DNA of 64,000 nucleotides from Spizellomyces punctatus DAOM BR117 (Eukaryota): NCBI GenBank assembly GCA_000182565.2, contig KQ257452.1; one strand, 5' to 3'. Shown piece by piece: positions 50,807 to 64,000 of this stretch (position 1 is its first letter; each line of letters starts with the position of its first letter). The notes under the pieces were generated by a model. It saw only the letters and a program-made list of their open reading frames with translations, ran no database searches and was not told where the DNA came from. The position numbers and the translations under genes were made by a program.

Positions 50807-51364
50807 ATGGTCAAAAAGCTCAAGCTCTCCACTCACCAATGGGCCAACCACAAACATCACCACATTCCGCCGTGGACTCAACCCCCGGACACTATTGCGC
50901 TCGACAAAGCGCTCACCGAAACATTCAATCAAGTCCACCAGGCGTCCGAAAACCCAGCAACAGATCCCATCGTCATTCACATCCAGTCCGCCCAGATGCG
51001 GTACATTAACGTTATTCAAACTGACGGTACCAGAGGACTTCCCTCTATCCGCATCACGTTGGTCCCCTCACCCAAAGCTCACGATATTCAAACCCTCCAC
51101 AACGCGCTCGAAAGCGACTTGGAAATGCGCAGAGTGGTGTATGAGTACCGGGAGCGGTTCGTTAATAAGAAAGAATGGTACAAGTATGGTGTTTTGAAAA
51201 ACTTTTTGGGAATTGATGAGAGGAATCTGAGACTTTTGAGGAGGGCTCTCCGGAATTTGGAGAAGGCTTTGGAGGTTCAAAATGAGCAAGCAGAGAATGA
51301 ACCCGTGCAGCATAAAGAGATTAGTCAAGAAAAGAAAGGGGAAGTTTTTGCTAGGGAAGAATGA
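50807..51364 (+). CDS. Hypothetical protein
   Basis: Single ORF with a CACCATGG start context. Confidence 0.55.
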   Translation: MVKKLKLSTHQWANHKHHHIPPWTQPPDTIALDKALTETFNQVHQASENPATDPIVIHIQSAQMRYINVIQTDGTRGLPSIRITLVPSPKAHDIQTLHNALESDLEMRRVVYEYRERFVNKKEWYKYGVLKNFLGIDERNLRLLRRALRNLEKALEVQNEQAENEPVQHKEISQEKKGEVFAREE

Positions 51365-53309
51365 GTCATGTTTGTAGCAGAGCAAAACTCACTTCGGAAT
51401 AACTACCATCTATTGTCACAATCTACACCCATGCTTGTCTCGTACGTTGCCGTCTTTTGACGATAATGCTTTGTGAGAAGTTTATGCATCCAAACTGATT
51501 CTATGAGTTCTCACGGATGAGAATGCGGGTATTGCAAAGTACCATCCCCAATTGCAATCTAGGCATGCACGGAGTACCAGTGTTCACGAACATGTCGAAA
51601 GCTGTCTTTTGCATCCTGAGCTATCATGAGGTGTATGTTACCTTCCTGACATGGAAAACCACTCAGTCGTTACTCGGGCTTGCGCAGACCCGGGAGACAA
51701 AAGATCCTGCAAATACGGAGATCCCGTAAGCATAGCGCGAACCCGTAAACAAAGGTAACGCGTCCGTATAAGGGTGACCACTCATGCACAAGATTGGATT
51801 GCCACGACCCTAACCCAGCATTAGATGTCTCATTTCCCAAGCGCCGCATTGGCAGGACAGCCACAAACTCGTCCCCATTCATGGACGCTGTCATTTAACA
51901 AACGAACATAAATGCAAGCATTCAAACAAATCCCATTGTTAAGGGCGTCGCGTTCCAAATTCGGCACAAGGTGCGCCTCTTGTAGCTATCCAAACTTCCG
52001 AGTGTGCGATACAGCCATACAAACAAAGCAGCGACACATATTGTACGTGCATCCGTTGAGTTGAAACAGGGGAGGCAACGAACTATGCAAAGTCTTCCAG
52101 AATGTCACGTTGGCGTCCAAGGCGTTCTTGAATGCTTGTATTTGGGACATTCCAGTAGCCCAGCAAAGACAAAATGCGCAAGTATCAACAACCCTTTTTT
52201 GAAGTATAAAAGACAGCAATCCGTCGCTTCCCTGCATTTCAGTCATCTTACACTCAGCACATTCATCACATACCATACCACAGGAGATGCCCACTCCCCT
52301 CCACAACCACTTTACAACCACCTCCAACAGCCGGAGCAGAACCACCTCGCTCGGTCGCGTTCCCAACGCAAACATTCCAAGGAACCTCAAACTGATTTCA
52401 ATGCCTCAGCGGAAAATGATTTGTGCTGCCCCTGCGCCCGTGTCAAGAGAGAGGATCTTGTTGGGGTGGAAGGGGGAAATGGCCCTTGTTGGGTGAACAT
52501 AACAAAGGCATCGTGGGCTTTGATAAACTCTATTATACATAGAATAATGTCCTATTATTTTGATAAACCCATTGCTATGTTTTACTGCAAAATACATGAT
52601 ATCTCAAATAGAAATATTGTTGTCGGGATGTTCGGGGTGCGCGCTTATGCAACATGATAAGCCACATTCATTGGTATTGAGATAAGACGTATGTTTAAAC
52701 GGTTTCGCTCTGAAAGGATGCACTTAACAACTGCTTTAAACGATCAACAACCACCAAAGACGACGCTCATCAATTGCCCAAAAGATATCTTTGTACTGCA
52801 ACATGGCTTCTTAAAATCGCGATATCTATATCCATTTTGTAAGTCTTCTTGGTCCTGTTGCACTCTACACCCATCCTACAGCCTAAACCCCCAGTCATCG
52901 CTTGCATTGCATGGCATTTGCTGCAAACTTGGAGACCACCTCCCTGCAAGACTTAAAAGCCCTTTCGGTGAAATCCGGTGATCTCCATTGCATACGTCAC
53001 TCTCTTTCATCCAATGGGAATACACGTGGCGCATAATAAATGGCACAGTCATAGTAAGAACTCTCGCCGCCATGGCAATGGGGAAGGAGAACACGCAGCT
53101 TTCCAAGTTGAAGGCTTCTTTCTTTGTGCGTGCGTGGGAACCCTCCCAACCTCATCGGCATCCCTCCACATCTTCCTGCTCACCTTCTGGTCCTCCCCGC
53201 GAACAGAGCAAAGACTCGCACGCCTTTCATACCTCAAGACGAGATTGTGAGGCCACTCCCAACCCGCTTGTGTCAAACCGAATTTCACTCTCTCGCGCAA
53301 TAAATTACA

Positions 53310-55087
53310 ATGTTGAGGTCAACTAGGTTCTTGGCGTCGAGCAGGGCGGCGGTACGTGTTCTCTTTTGAGATTTTTGAGAGGAGGACATTATAGTGCTTT
53401 GGACGGGAACGATGCGATGGATGTGGCGGATGCTCTGGTGATTGTTACGGAGATTTCGGGATGGCAAGCGTTCCGCTTGGCTTTCGCCAATCGATTGAAA
53501 CTGAGTGGCGAAATTGTCTAGAAATAGAAGGCTGAACATGCATGGAGATAGCACACGGATGGCCGGGACCGCTGACTTACTTTTCCTCTCGTTTACAGCT
53601 CCGCACTTCTGGACGGAAGTACAACACTGGCGGTACCGGCAGTGCAGTCCTCACTGAGCCCAGCCCGTCCACCCGCACCCTGAAATACACCTACCCCCAA
53701 TCCCTTGGCAATGTCCCCGAAACCCAAGTGACAAAGCTGGCCAACGGTTTCACTATTGCCACCGAGTCGAACCCCAACTACCAGACTGCTACTGTTGGTG
53801 TGTGGATCGATGCTGGTTCTCGTTTTGAGACGGAGAAGACGAATGGTACCGCACACTTTTTGGAGCACATGGCTTTCAAGGTACATATAAATTACAACGA
53901 AGTCGCCTGGGTCGGGTTGAATAACACACACTTCTCTTGATAAATAGGGTACTAAGAGCAGGACCCAAGTCCAGCTCGAGACTCAAATTGAGAACATTGG
54001 TGGTCACTTGAATGCATACACTTCCCGCGAGCAAACGGTCTACTATGCAAAAACGCTCTCTTCGGATGTTAACACCGCCGTAGAGATTCTCTCTGATATC
54101 CTACAAGGATCGACTCTCAGTCAGGATGCCATTGAACGAGAACGTGATGTCATTCTCCGTGAAGCTGAGGAGGTTGACAAGCAAAAGGAGGAAGTTGTGT
54201 TTGACCACCTCCACGCATCCGCCTTCCAGCGCTCCCCTCTTGGACGTACTATCCTCGGCCCTGCCAAGAACATTAAGAGCATCACCCGTGAGGATTTGGT
54301 AGACTACATCTCAACCAACTACACCCCTGAGCGCATGGTTCTCTCTGCCGCTGGTGGTGTTGACCACGAGGCCCTCGTTAAACTTGCGGAGCAGCATTTC
54401 GGTAAGATGAGCCCTGGTGAATCAAGGGCCAAGCAGCCCAAGGCAAAGTTTGTCGGTTCCGATCTTCGTGCCCGTTACGATGACCACCCCACTGCCCACG
54501 TTGCTCTGGCCGTTGAGGGAGTGAGCTGGACAAGCCCCGATTACTGGGCTCTTCTTGTTGCTCAGTCCATCATTGGTAGCTGGGACCGCTCTTTGGGTGC
54601 TGCTCCTCACGTATCCTCCAAGCTTGCTCAGAACCTCCACAAATGGGGCTTGGCCAACTCGTTCATGTCCTTCAACACTTCGTACTCAGACACTGGTCTC
54701 TTTGGAGTCTACGCTGTGTCCGAGAAGACGATGCACCTTGACGACTTGGTACACTACATCCAGCAAGAATGGCACCGTCTTGCCATGAGCGTCACTTCTA
54801 CGGAAGTCTTCCGTGCCAAGAACCAGCTCAAGACTTCGCTTTTGCTTGCTCTTGACGGTACCACCCCTGTGGCTGAGGACATTGGTCGTCAGATGCTCGT
54901 GTACGGCAAGCGTCTGACTCCCTGGGAGATTGATGGCTTGATTGAGAAGGTGACTGCTCAGGATGTGATGAAGGTTGCTCGCGAGTACATTTACGACAAG
55001 GAAGTGTGCATGGTTGGATATGGTCCCGTTGAGGCCCTTCCTGACTTCAACCGTGTCCGGTCTGCAATGTCGCCAATTTACTACTAA
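53310..55087 (+). CDS. MAS1: Mitochondrial processing peptidase beta subunit (3 exons)
   Basis: Presequence [29 protein letters not shown] (HxxEH), [23 protein letters not shown]. Confidence 0.95.
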
Positions 55088-55781
55088 ACGCGAGATGGGA
55101 AGAGTTTTGGGTGATTGGTGTCGGGGAAGTTGCATCCTGCGTGTTTAGAATCATAATGCAATGAGTATTTGGAGGGCGGGGTGTGTCGTGTGCTGCGTTT
55201 TGTGGTGGATTATTCTTAATACCAATCTGACTGCCTTTTATGTCATTGTTTTCTGAATGCATGGCGTCCTGGTGTATTTAATGCACAGCGTTTTTGAGTC
55301 ACAGGGCAAATGCTGCGTTTGGGGATTATGGCTGGACGCTAAAAGAAGATGGTTTCTCCTACATCTGCGGCAACCATTATTAGCTCAGATATGCGACAGG
55401 GTATTCTTTGTCCATCAAGCACTCTATGGCTTTTACGGATGATATATCAACTGAATTGTCCCATTTTGGCAGCCTTCGATGAGATGAGCGCCAAAGAAGA
55501 GCGACAAGCATCGGCCAAGGAAGCTTTTTGCACGCGCCATTATGTCTTTCCCACCCCATCAGAATAGACTTTTTGACGTTGACAGGTGGCCCTGACTTAT
55601 GAGTGAGTCGATATGTGTGGAGAAGTCAGGATTTACCTTTCCTAGTAGTTCGGGGCTAGCTTGTCATTCAGACTTTGACATTTGTTTTTTTCAACACCTG
55701 CGTGCCAAGTGGACATCCTTTACTGTAAGAGACAGACTCTTTCGGGCCAGAAAAGCAAGAATACAGTCAAAGAACGCCAAT

Positions 55782-58700
55782 ATGGCATGGGGAGATGACC
55801 CAGTTTACGACGAGAAAATCGGACAGTACCTGGTTGAATCGGACAAGCCTACATCTCAACCCAATCCCAGTGCGTCGTCGTCTGTCTTGACGCAATCTTC
55901 GGGAGTCAACCTTTTTGTACGAGGCAGGTTACCTACCAAAGATGGTTAGAAACAAAATGGACAGTCATCAGCGCCGGTACTCACTCCTCCTATCCATCCA
56001 GCCGAACCCTCGCAAGGTGAAACATCCCAACGACCACCAATTACAATGATTGGTATAGCCAAGCGTCCAGCTAATGAGCCGGGGAAGCAGAAACCGACAC
56101 AGGATGGGACAGCGGCAGCTAACATATCCCGTCCTCCTACTCCAATAGCCACTCAACCCGCGCAAAGATCATCTGGAAGTAGTATTGGGATTACTAGGAG
56201 TCGATCGACTGAACCAAGTAGGGATCGATCGACGAAGGAGAGTTCGTCTGTGCCCATGTTCAAGCCTCCTGGTTCTGGAGATACGAATCCCCCGCAAGGC
56301 CAGTCATCGGTACGCCAGCATGTCAACAGTAATGGATATGGCCGGAGTCGTTCGAGTGAAGCCGAGCATCGAAACAGGAATGGCCCGTCATCTACGTTGC
56401 ATGTATCGAATTTGCCGCTCTCAGCGACCGAGGACGGGTTGAAACTGATGTTTGGAAAAGTGGGGAATGTCGTCGGATGTAGAGTTATCAAAGATCAAGA
56501 TGGAGGATGTCGTGGGTAAGTTCCATCGTGACTGGTTCCCACCTTTCTGTACATCTCGCATTGGCTAATGGGGCGGTACGGACTTTCTTGTCTCTTTATT
56601 TGTTAGAACGGCATTTGTAGAGTACAGCAGTATTCGCAGTGCTCAAGCCGCCATTGCCGCCTTAGGAGGGCAGATCCTCGACCGCCAAACAGTCAAGATT
56701 GAATTTGCTGTCGATATTTCCTCTCGGAAGAGCGAGAAGCAAGCAGATGCAAAAGATTCAACTACAACGGTGCCGTCTGGTGACTGTGCACAAGGGAAGG
56801 AGGTCCGTCCGCAAGATGGCAAGCAAGCCGGAGTACAGCACAACAAAGTCGGGGTTGATGATAAGAATGATTCCGAACCTGTGCAGCAAGCGCCAGCAAA
56901 TGGAAATGATTCAAATTCCAATGATGTTGTCCAGACTTCCCGCCAAGTAGCCCATCCGACATTACAGGCGGGTCTTGGAATCTCATTTCAACCGACACCG
57001 GCCCTCGCATCTGAGTCCAATACCAACGAGCCATTGGACCGATGGACCGAACTCAAGAATCGCAAACGCAAAGATAAAGTTGACCACATATACCGCCCGA
57101 AAGGCAAACTAGCCCGCCGCATCCGCGATTACGAGCAAAATCCACCTCTCTATTTGAGCCCGGAACAATCCAACCACGAACAACCGGACCTCATCATCAA
57201 CACATTGGGTGACCGGCAGCAAGGATGGGGCGGCCAAGCCGACCTCAATCCTGTGCGTGGATATTATGATGTCCCCGACCATTTGAAAGATATGGTCCGT
57301 TCACCTCCGAAATCTAGTGTTTTTCATTTCATACCACATTCCGAACCACCCGCAGCACCAGCATTCCATTTCACACCACATTCCGAACCATTCGCAGCAC
57401 CAGGTACACAGAAAGGTCTTTCCGTCCTCAAACGGGTCATACGCACCTGGATCAACCTTCCCGTAAAAACTGACCGCCTTTATAACGCAGAAACGTCTAT
57501 GCAGCGAGTCCTCTTGTGGAATGGCACCAAAAAGTCTTTTAGAGTGCCCAGAGAGGAAGAAATGGAGGAAGGTCAACTCTCGGAAGTCAAGCTGCCTCGA
57601 GTAAAGGAAACCGCGAGTAGAGGGGAGCTCAGGTGGACCTTTCCAGTTTGGTGTGGAAAATTGGTTGTTGGTCGTGATGGCAAGGACGAGGAATTGGGAA
57701 CTACTACGTTTGTTGCGAGGGATGATTCCGAGGGATTGGATTTGAGCGACCGGTGAGTACTACTCTTGCCCGGGTTTCAAGATATCGAGCAGAAAAGATG
57801 TTCATACTTTCCCTTCAGTATTTGCGTCACTAGCGATGATTCGTATATCGTAAAAGTCCAACAGGAGATGTTGGCTGATCCCCGAGCTCGATTCTTTTTG
57901 GTTCAATCTGATGATGGAATGAATCTCAGCGGAGAGTTTGTCAACGAGGACGGAATGCTAAAGGTGCTCTCTGGCTCTTATTCATAACTTATGACTTCTC
58001 GTGCTTAAACTTAGAACCAGGTCGGAAGAGCTTCCTCGGGCACCACTCGTCTGTGCCTCATCCCCATGCTAGCCTTTGAGCGCTGTCCACCTTCAGTTTC
58101 TTGGAAGCAAGCCAACGATTCAAGCTTCTATGAGAACCTTCTTGCAGTTTTTCTCGACACCACATCCAGTCCCAGCATGCGATCCGAACAATGGAAACTT
58201 GGTACGGTAATCGTGTCCAATGATTGGGCCAAAAAGTATGCGGAGGCCGCTGAGATTGCTGCAAAGAAGCGCAAAGCTTTGGAGCATGCTCGTCAAAAGG
58301 CAACGGCTGAACGAAATGTGGAGATTCGCAATTCAGCACTGAATCGAGCAGGACAGAAAGCCGGGGAACAGAAAGCAAGTGCCGTTAGGTTCTCTCATGG
58401 GTGGTTACCGTCGACCAGCACTCTACTTCTCCTCGGGTCCGCCAACCTTCCTCCCATATCCAACATCTTCTATCGTGATGAGTCCGTGACCGGTGGGAAC
58501 ATTGTAAAATTCGTTCCAGTGGAGGGTCATGTTACTACTTACAGTGAGCTGGCGGCCCTTGATCGCAAACTCTATGTCAAGGAAGAAGACGACGGGGACG
58601 TGTTCTACGTCCCGTTTCGAAAATGGGTTGAAGAGCATACTTCGACTAGAGATCGTGCAAAAGTCTTACCGTCCTTGGATGGGGTTGAACAGGTGCATCA

Positions 58701-59238
58701 AAATCCCACCGGTCAGCTAGTGCAGAATCCCTTCATACCCTCTGGCATTCCTTTGCCTCCGACAGGCATCCCAATGTTTTCCCACGGACACCAGTTCGTA
58801 CCGCAACAATACCCCAATCAACAACCACCGTACTATATGATGCAGCCCAACCTACAAATGATGCCTGGAATATTCACGGGTAGGATCTGTCCACGCGCTT
58901 TTTGGACCTGTGTGGTGTTGGGCATTCTGATCTTGCCCTTACTCGTCCTCCTCGTTGTTCACTTTGTGAATTTGATGCTGATATCCACCTCGGTCCTCGT
59001 AGGGACCTATCCACCGCAAGCTTACGCTCCGCCCCCACAATTCTTTGCACATCATCCCTGGGCTCCGCCGTCTCAAATGGGAGAGGGACCTCCCCAACAG
59101 TACCCCCCTCCTGCGGAACCTGCGGAACCCGAGCAGACTCCAGCGGTCAATATCCAGGAACAGTTAGCCTTGCTCAATGATGAACTCAACAGGATGAGAC
59201 AGAAATTGGACGAAAAATCAAAGGGACACAAGGGTTAG
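55782..59238 (+). CDS. RRM-containing protein with Pro/Gln-rich tail (multi-exon)
   Basis: TLHVSNLP (RNP2) and CRG/TAFVEY (RNP1 after splicing); consecutive ORFs linked by GT-AG introns. Confidence 0.7.
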
Positions 59239-59810
59239 GAGGCAGGTTGGCTGAGTGATTGGGATCGGTGAATACCATTTCATTATTCTCTCTTGTTAAG
59301 ACCTATCTTACACTATGCCTACTCTCTTTTAGATACTGAAAGTGAATTCAAACAAGCCGTCGTTATTAGTAGGCATATTTTGCGCATTTGGAAGGAACGA
59401 ACAATCATCAGGAGCAAGATATGGAAGGGATTGAAGTTTATATTGCTATAAGCATCGTGTATGAGTACATTTATTGCTGATGAAATATCAAGATGATTGC
59501 TCGAATTGTCACTCTTGTGTGGTCCTTGTGCCAAATATCTCGCATGAACGACGACGACAACGGAGTGAACCAGGGGGCTGTGAAATTCATTTCCATTAAA
59601 TTGGGTTTGCGCAGGAAAGCGATTCGTGGCGATGCCAACTTTTACGTCGACATCCACAACCGCCATTGTTGGTTTTGAAGAATTTTAGGTTCTTTGACCC
59701 GGGACTGACGTCGAGGTGATTGAGGGAGCTTGAAGGCATTGAAAGGATACAGAGGGGTCTTTAGCCAACGGCATCGCAACGCACGCCACTTCGCTCAACG
59801 ATCGCTCACC

Positions 59811-61105
59811 ATGGCTCAACTTTTGGACGTGTTCCGCTCTCCATCCCTACCTGAACCTCCGAAAGGGTGGATACCCCCATGGGAGCAGCAGGAGCAACCA
59901 ACACAGCCTACCCAGGCAGGTGTGCAACTACTTCGGCCCGTCATGGCTGACCCTGTTGTGCCAGGGTCGAGTGAGGTTCCGTCTGGCTCGCTCACGGTAT
60001 GTGAAATGCTTACCCAAAATGCCTTGAATTGTGTTGAAGGCTTATATGGTATTTGGAAAAGAATAATCAAGAACCGGGGTCAGCAAGTACTCAGCCACCT
60101 CCCTCTCCATCCCCGACATCCAATGTGAACGATAATGCGGTGACTACCACCCAACCATCGCCCTCTCCCCCTCCTGCATCTTCAGACACTTCACCGCCAA
60201 CTTCATCCCAACGAACCCCAGATAATACACCAGAACCATCCCCACCTTCCATTACTCCACCCCCGCGGACAACTCAACGTGTCATCACAACAGTGATTCA
60301 GGATGGCCCAACACAAAGGACGATCACGTCTATTGTAGACGTTGTAGTGGATCCAACGCCCGCCCCACGTACTCTGATTAGCTCAACGTCACCGACCGCA
60401 ACTGCCCTTCCGCAATCCACGACGGAACATTGGGCTCAAACAACAGGAGGGATTGTAGGCATCACAGTCGCCGCGGTGCTGTTCTTTCTGGCGGGTGTGT
60501 TTGCGGTGGGATTGTTTGTGGACAACCGTAAAAGGTTCAAGAAACGTGCCAACGAGCAAGACCCCTTTCTTCCCGGAGGTGGTGGCGGCGGTCCAATGGA
60601 AACACCTGCCACATCCACCGATACCCTTCTCAGCACACGCCCCCGAAGCCCATATGGAGGTCCATCGCCAATCCCCCCGGTTGGCCTCCCAGGAGAAGGA
60701 CGACCGACAATCCAAAGGTCACCGTACTATGGATCATCCGCTCCGCACCAAGTTGGGATGTATGCCACGGCTTCTGTACCATATCCAGTTCAACCATTAG
60801 TGGATGTGGATTTGACAGTGTCAACGCCTCAACCAGGCAATGGGTATGATGCCGCCGTATTTCCAGCATACCCGGTAACAACCACCGGTTATGTTCCTTA
60901 TGAACCGGTGATGAGTCCCATACAACCGGCATCGACCGGGTACGATTTGAGCAGCTCAGCACAGGCAGCACAGGCAGATTCCCAAGGATGGGTGCGGCCC
61001 GACCCTGTTGTCACAACACACACGAATGAAGAACCATCCGATACGATGGAACGACGATACGAAAAGCATCGATCACTTTATTCGGCGGTTGGGCAGACTT
61101 TGTAA
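59811..61105 (+). CDS. Single-pass membrane protein with Ser/Thr/Pro-rich domain
   Basis: TM segment GIVGITVAAVLFFLAGVFAVGLFV followed by basic RKRFKKR; intron at about 59996-60048. Confidence 0.75.
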
Positions 61106-61394
61106 GCTTTATGTCATCTGGATATGTTCTGTTTCTAGATAGATTGAACGACTTTGCATAGCAAGTAAATCATTCATAGCTACGTTGTTGGCGTGTTAGA
61201 CAGGACGTCAAGTGGTTGTAGGATAGACAGATAGATATATTTTGCATGGAATCATATACATGGGTATATGTAGCAGTTGTCACACTTACATAGCAATATT
61301 AAGTTTGGCGTTGATGCATTTCGCGAGGGTTTGAGACATTCCAAAGCGAGAGCTACAATGCATATGTGTATACGCAGACAGTGTGTTTCTCAAC

Positions 61395-61476
61395 GGGGAG
61401 ATGGCCGAGTGGTCTAAGGCGCTAGATTTAGGCTCTAGTATCGAAAGATGCGCGAGTTCGAACCTCGCTCTCCTCA
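61395..61476 (+). tRNA. tRNA-Leu (anticodon TAG), intronless
   Basis: Acceptor stem GGGGAGA/TCTCCTC; D arm TGGCCGAGTGGTCTAAGGC; anticodon arm CTAGA-TTTAGGC-TCTAG; long variable arm; GTTCGAA T loop. Confidence 0.97.
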
Positions 61477-61962
61477 TGTTCTTTCAGTAGGATTTTTTTT
61501 TGGCGTTCCAGTTTTGGACTATCTCTGCTAGCGATGGCAGCAATATGGCGTCAATACTATGGTCATCAAGCACACCAGAAATATTTCAAATCAATGCAAC
61601 AGAGACAAAAAGTAGCAACATATGAAGGATCCTGGTTTTGTACGGAATGAAGCATTGCCGATCGTCAGACCCAAACGTCCGCACCGGCTTCTACCCACTA
61701 TCAAAGTGCCGGGATTCACGTCTAGGTTTTCAGCACAAGTCCATGAGATACCGCGCGCTGGATCCAGCCTGAGCGAAGTGCCACCCTGAATCGTGCCATG
61801 AGTGCCAATGTCCCTCTTGCCATGCTTGACAACACGCAGCTCATCGGCCATGACTATTTGCTTTGCATTTTGGCTTTTCATCAGAAAGGGTGACACCAAC
61901 CAGCTCGCCATTATTCACAAAAAGAAATTCATTTAAAACAAGGCGGATCTCTATTCTCAACA

Positions 61963-62893
61963 TTAACCTTCCCAGAACCTGGGGAGCTTGTTGCCCGGGA
62001 CAAAGATCCGTTCTACACCATCCTTTGTAATAACCGCCAACCGAATGACACCTCCCGAAGATCCATCCCTCGACATTGCAAGCGCGATAGCTGGATGATG
62101 AGATGCACAATTAGATCAATACCTTCAAGAATCAAAAACCATGGGCGATTGCATACCTTTTTTGGTGAAGTCTATGGCTTCGTCTCGGTCCATTCCCTCC
62201 CGATATGCTGCATCACAGTACCCGTAGATATAGGTTGACCCAGATCCACCGATCGAGAAAGGTTGTTTGTGAATGGATCCGCCCAAAGGGATGGCGTACA
62301 CGGAGGGTCCGTCATACTTGTCCCATCCGGCGACGATAATACCCGCTTGCAGTGCGTCCTTGTTCTGGTAGCAAAGTTCTTGGAAGAGGGAGGCTGCTGT
62401 GTGGACGCGAGGGCGTTCGCCTTCCTGGACACTGTGAAAGAAACGGCAGCGTTAGAGCCTTGTGATTGAATCTCGGCAACATGATCTCTAGCCACTCTTA
62501 CGCGTAGAGTTGCAAGTAGTAGTGCACAATATCTGCCACAGCCTGTGTATCTGCAGCACTTCCACTTCGGCAGCAGTAAATCAAGTCGTGGACGGACGTC
62601 AGCTTGTCGGTAACACGATTGGCTGTTTGAAAACCAAGTCAGATAAAGGTCAATGCTAGAAAGACAAACAAAAAACAAGTCTATGAGGGGGTTGAGTGGC
62701 ATACCAATATACGAGCCGGTTGTTGTCCGTGAGTCGGCACCAATGATAACACCATCTGCAAATTGGACGGCCATGATGGTTGTCTGTCGTAAACCAACAA
62801 TTGAGCTCCTTTGGCATCAATTAAACCTTTTGAGATTCCAGGACTCACCCCGAGGTCCACCTCTCCCGGCTTCAAGCGAGACGTTACTTCCAT
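61963..62893 (-). CDS. PRE3: 20S proteasome beta-1 subunit (multi-exon)
   Basis: GEVDLG/TTIMAV...[21 protein letters not shown]...[30 protein letters not shown]. Confidence 0.95.
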
Positions 62894-63172
62894 TGTAAAG
62901 AACTTTTAAGAGTCTTGTCCGTCGTTTTGTCCTTTTGATGAGTTTGCGAAACGAGAAAAAGATTGCGAAAAACGAACGCGCTCTTCTAAGTGACGAATGG
63001 CCCTCTTGAAATGCGGAGGGGGCATGTTGAATGTGCTAAGCAATAACTTGGCACCTTTGTCTCGCCCAATTCATTTCACCGAATTTATTCAAAACAACTC
63101 AAGCATCTCGCAGCGGGAGGTAATTAATTGGACCATAACGGCAAGCAGGCGTGCAGTCTTGGACCCTCCAAC

Positions 63173-64000
63173 ATGGACGACCTTGGAGACCTTGCGTGGA
63201 AGTCGGCGGGGCTCGCCACAAAACCATCTGCAAGGTCAAACACTCCCCTCAGCCAACTCTCCGCCTCACAATCCGGCTCAAGCACTCCACAAAACCGAAC
63301 ACCACCTTCCTTCTCTCCATCCTCGACTCCTCGAATGGCTGCCGCTACGAGCCCTTTCATTCCTCCTTCTAGCGGACAATATCACAACGGCCTGTCTCCG
63401 AGAACTGTGGGTGGAGTCCCAGGCATGGGAACCAGTGGACTGAAACCTGCTGCACCTTTAAATAGCCGCTCGGCGTCTCCGGTACCTCCAGCAGGCGTAA
63501 GGCCTGACGACGTTTTCGGTAACTTGGTGTCATTTGGGAGTGGAGCCAAACAGAGTATGGCAAACGTGTCGTTGGAGCAACAGCGACGTGCTCAAGAACA
63601 GCAGAGACAACAGCAAACGGCAGCTGGTGGAGTGTCAAACTTTCAACAACCGCATCAGCGGTCTTTTACACCACCTGCACCTGGCGGACAATCATTGAAG
63701 GGACAAAGTACGGCCAATCCGTCAACAGCAGCCTTTCTTGATGCTCTTGGGCCAGGACTACCAACAGGATCCGGCAGGAGTAGTGGAGCAAGTACTCCGA
63801 GTGGACACAAAACATATGCTGGGGTTCCAACAAAGCATGATTTCTCCGACTTGTTCGGAGATACGTTGAATAAGCCTTCATCGCCCACAGCTCTTCCTGC
63901 GCAGAAGTCATCAGGCATGCCAAGTATGAACGTGGGGTTGACTAATGCACAGCCGCACCAACAGCATATTGCAAGCATGAATCTGCAGAGTGGAAATGGT
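63173..64000 (+). CDS. Probable auxilin-like (Swa2/Ucp7-type) protein, N-terminal part, truncated by the window end
   Basis: Open frame MDDLGDLAW...DDVFGNLVSF...SLEQQRR resembles the N-termini of fungal auxilin-like proteins; diagnostic UBA/TPR/J domains lie outside the window. Confidence 0.5.
   Translation, partial: MDDLGDLAWKSAGLATKPSARSNTPLSQLSASQSGSSTPQNRTPPSFSPSSTPRMAAATSPFIPPSSGQYHNGLSPRTVGGVPGMGTSGLKPAAPLNSRSASPVPPAGVRPDDVFGNLVSFGSGAKQSMANVSLEQQRRAQEQQRQQQTAAGGVSNFQQPHQRSFTPPAPGGQSLKGQSTANPSTAAFLDALGPGLPTGSGRSSGASTPSGHKTYAGVPTKHDFSDLFGDTLNKPSSPTALPAQKSSGMPSMNVGLTNAQPHQQHIASMNLQSGNG

Noticed and set aside
57322-57401. Duplicated FHF.PHSEP.AAP peptide in the RRM protein
   Set aside because: Ordinary two-unit in-frame duplication in a disordered region.
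1-64000. A Fanzor/TnpB nuclease or transposase gene, or an in-window target for either guide
   Set aside because: No RuvC/zinc-finger Fanzor-like ORF was seen. The best guide match noticed (10 nt near 40813) lacks a TAM. The search was by eye only.

Overview
Eukaryotic, intron-rich fungal DNA. Gene content, short GT-AG introns and a Fanzor-type element point to a Spizellomyces-like chytrid (inference). About 25 protein-coding genes are supported: a partial Pcl/Pho80-type cyclin, ATP11, an S6K/Ypk3-type kinase, an F-box/LRR protein, a Yap-like bZIP, QCR6, a PIG3-type quinone oxidoreductase, a DnaJ protein, a Cld1/ABHD4-type hydrolase, ferritin, UPF3, a VASt protein, a PhoD-like phosphatase, a 2OG-Fe(II) oxygenase, SFP1, a double-GH18 chitinase, MPP-beta, an RRM protein, PRE3, an auxilin-like protein and several hypotheticals. 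There is also one tRNA-Leu(UAG). Two 100-N gaps are flanked by apparently identical duplications, probably assembly artefacts. Main result: two diverged, non-coding-looking minus-strand loci (about 9.8-10.4 kb and 26.7-27.5 kb) end in a covarying RNA scaffold that matches my recollection of the SpuFz1 Fanzor omegaRNA. One copy has 30-bp TIRs ending in TA (a non-autonomous 'ghost' element); the other has lost its TIRs but kept the RNA fold. Both also carry a TATA box, a WCRGPRPPD micro-ORF and a covarying three-way-junction RNA upstream of the scaffold. Other highlights: an array of highly structured repeats, each nested in its own predicted intron (46.6-48.0 kb), a prokaryotic-type ferritin with introns, and a bacterial-type tandem chitinase. 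All exon boundaries were read by eye.
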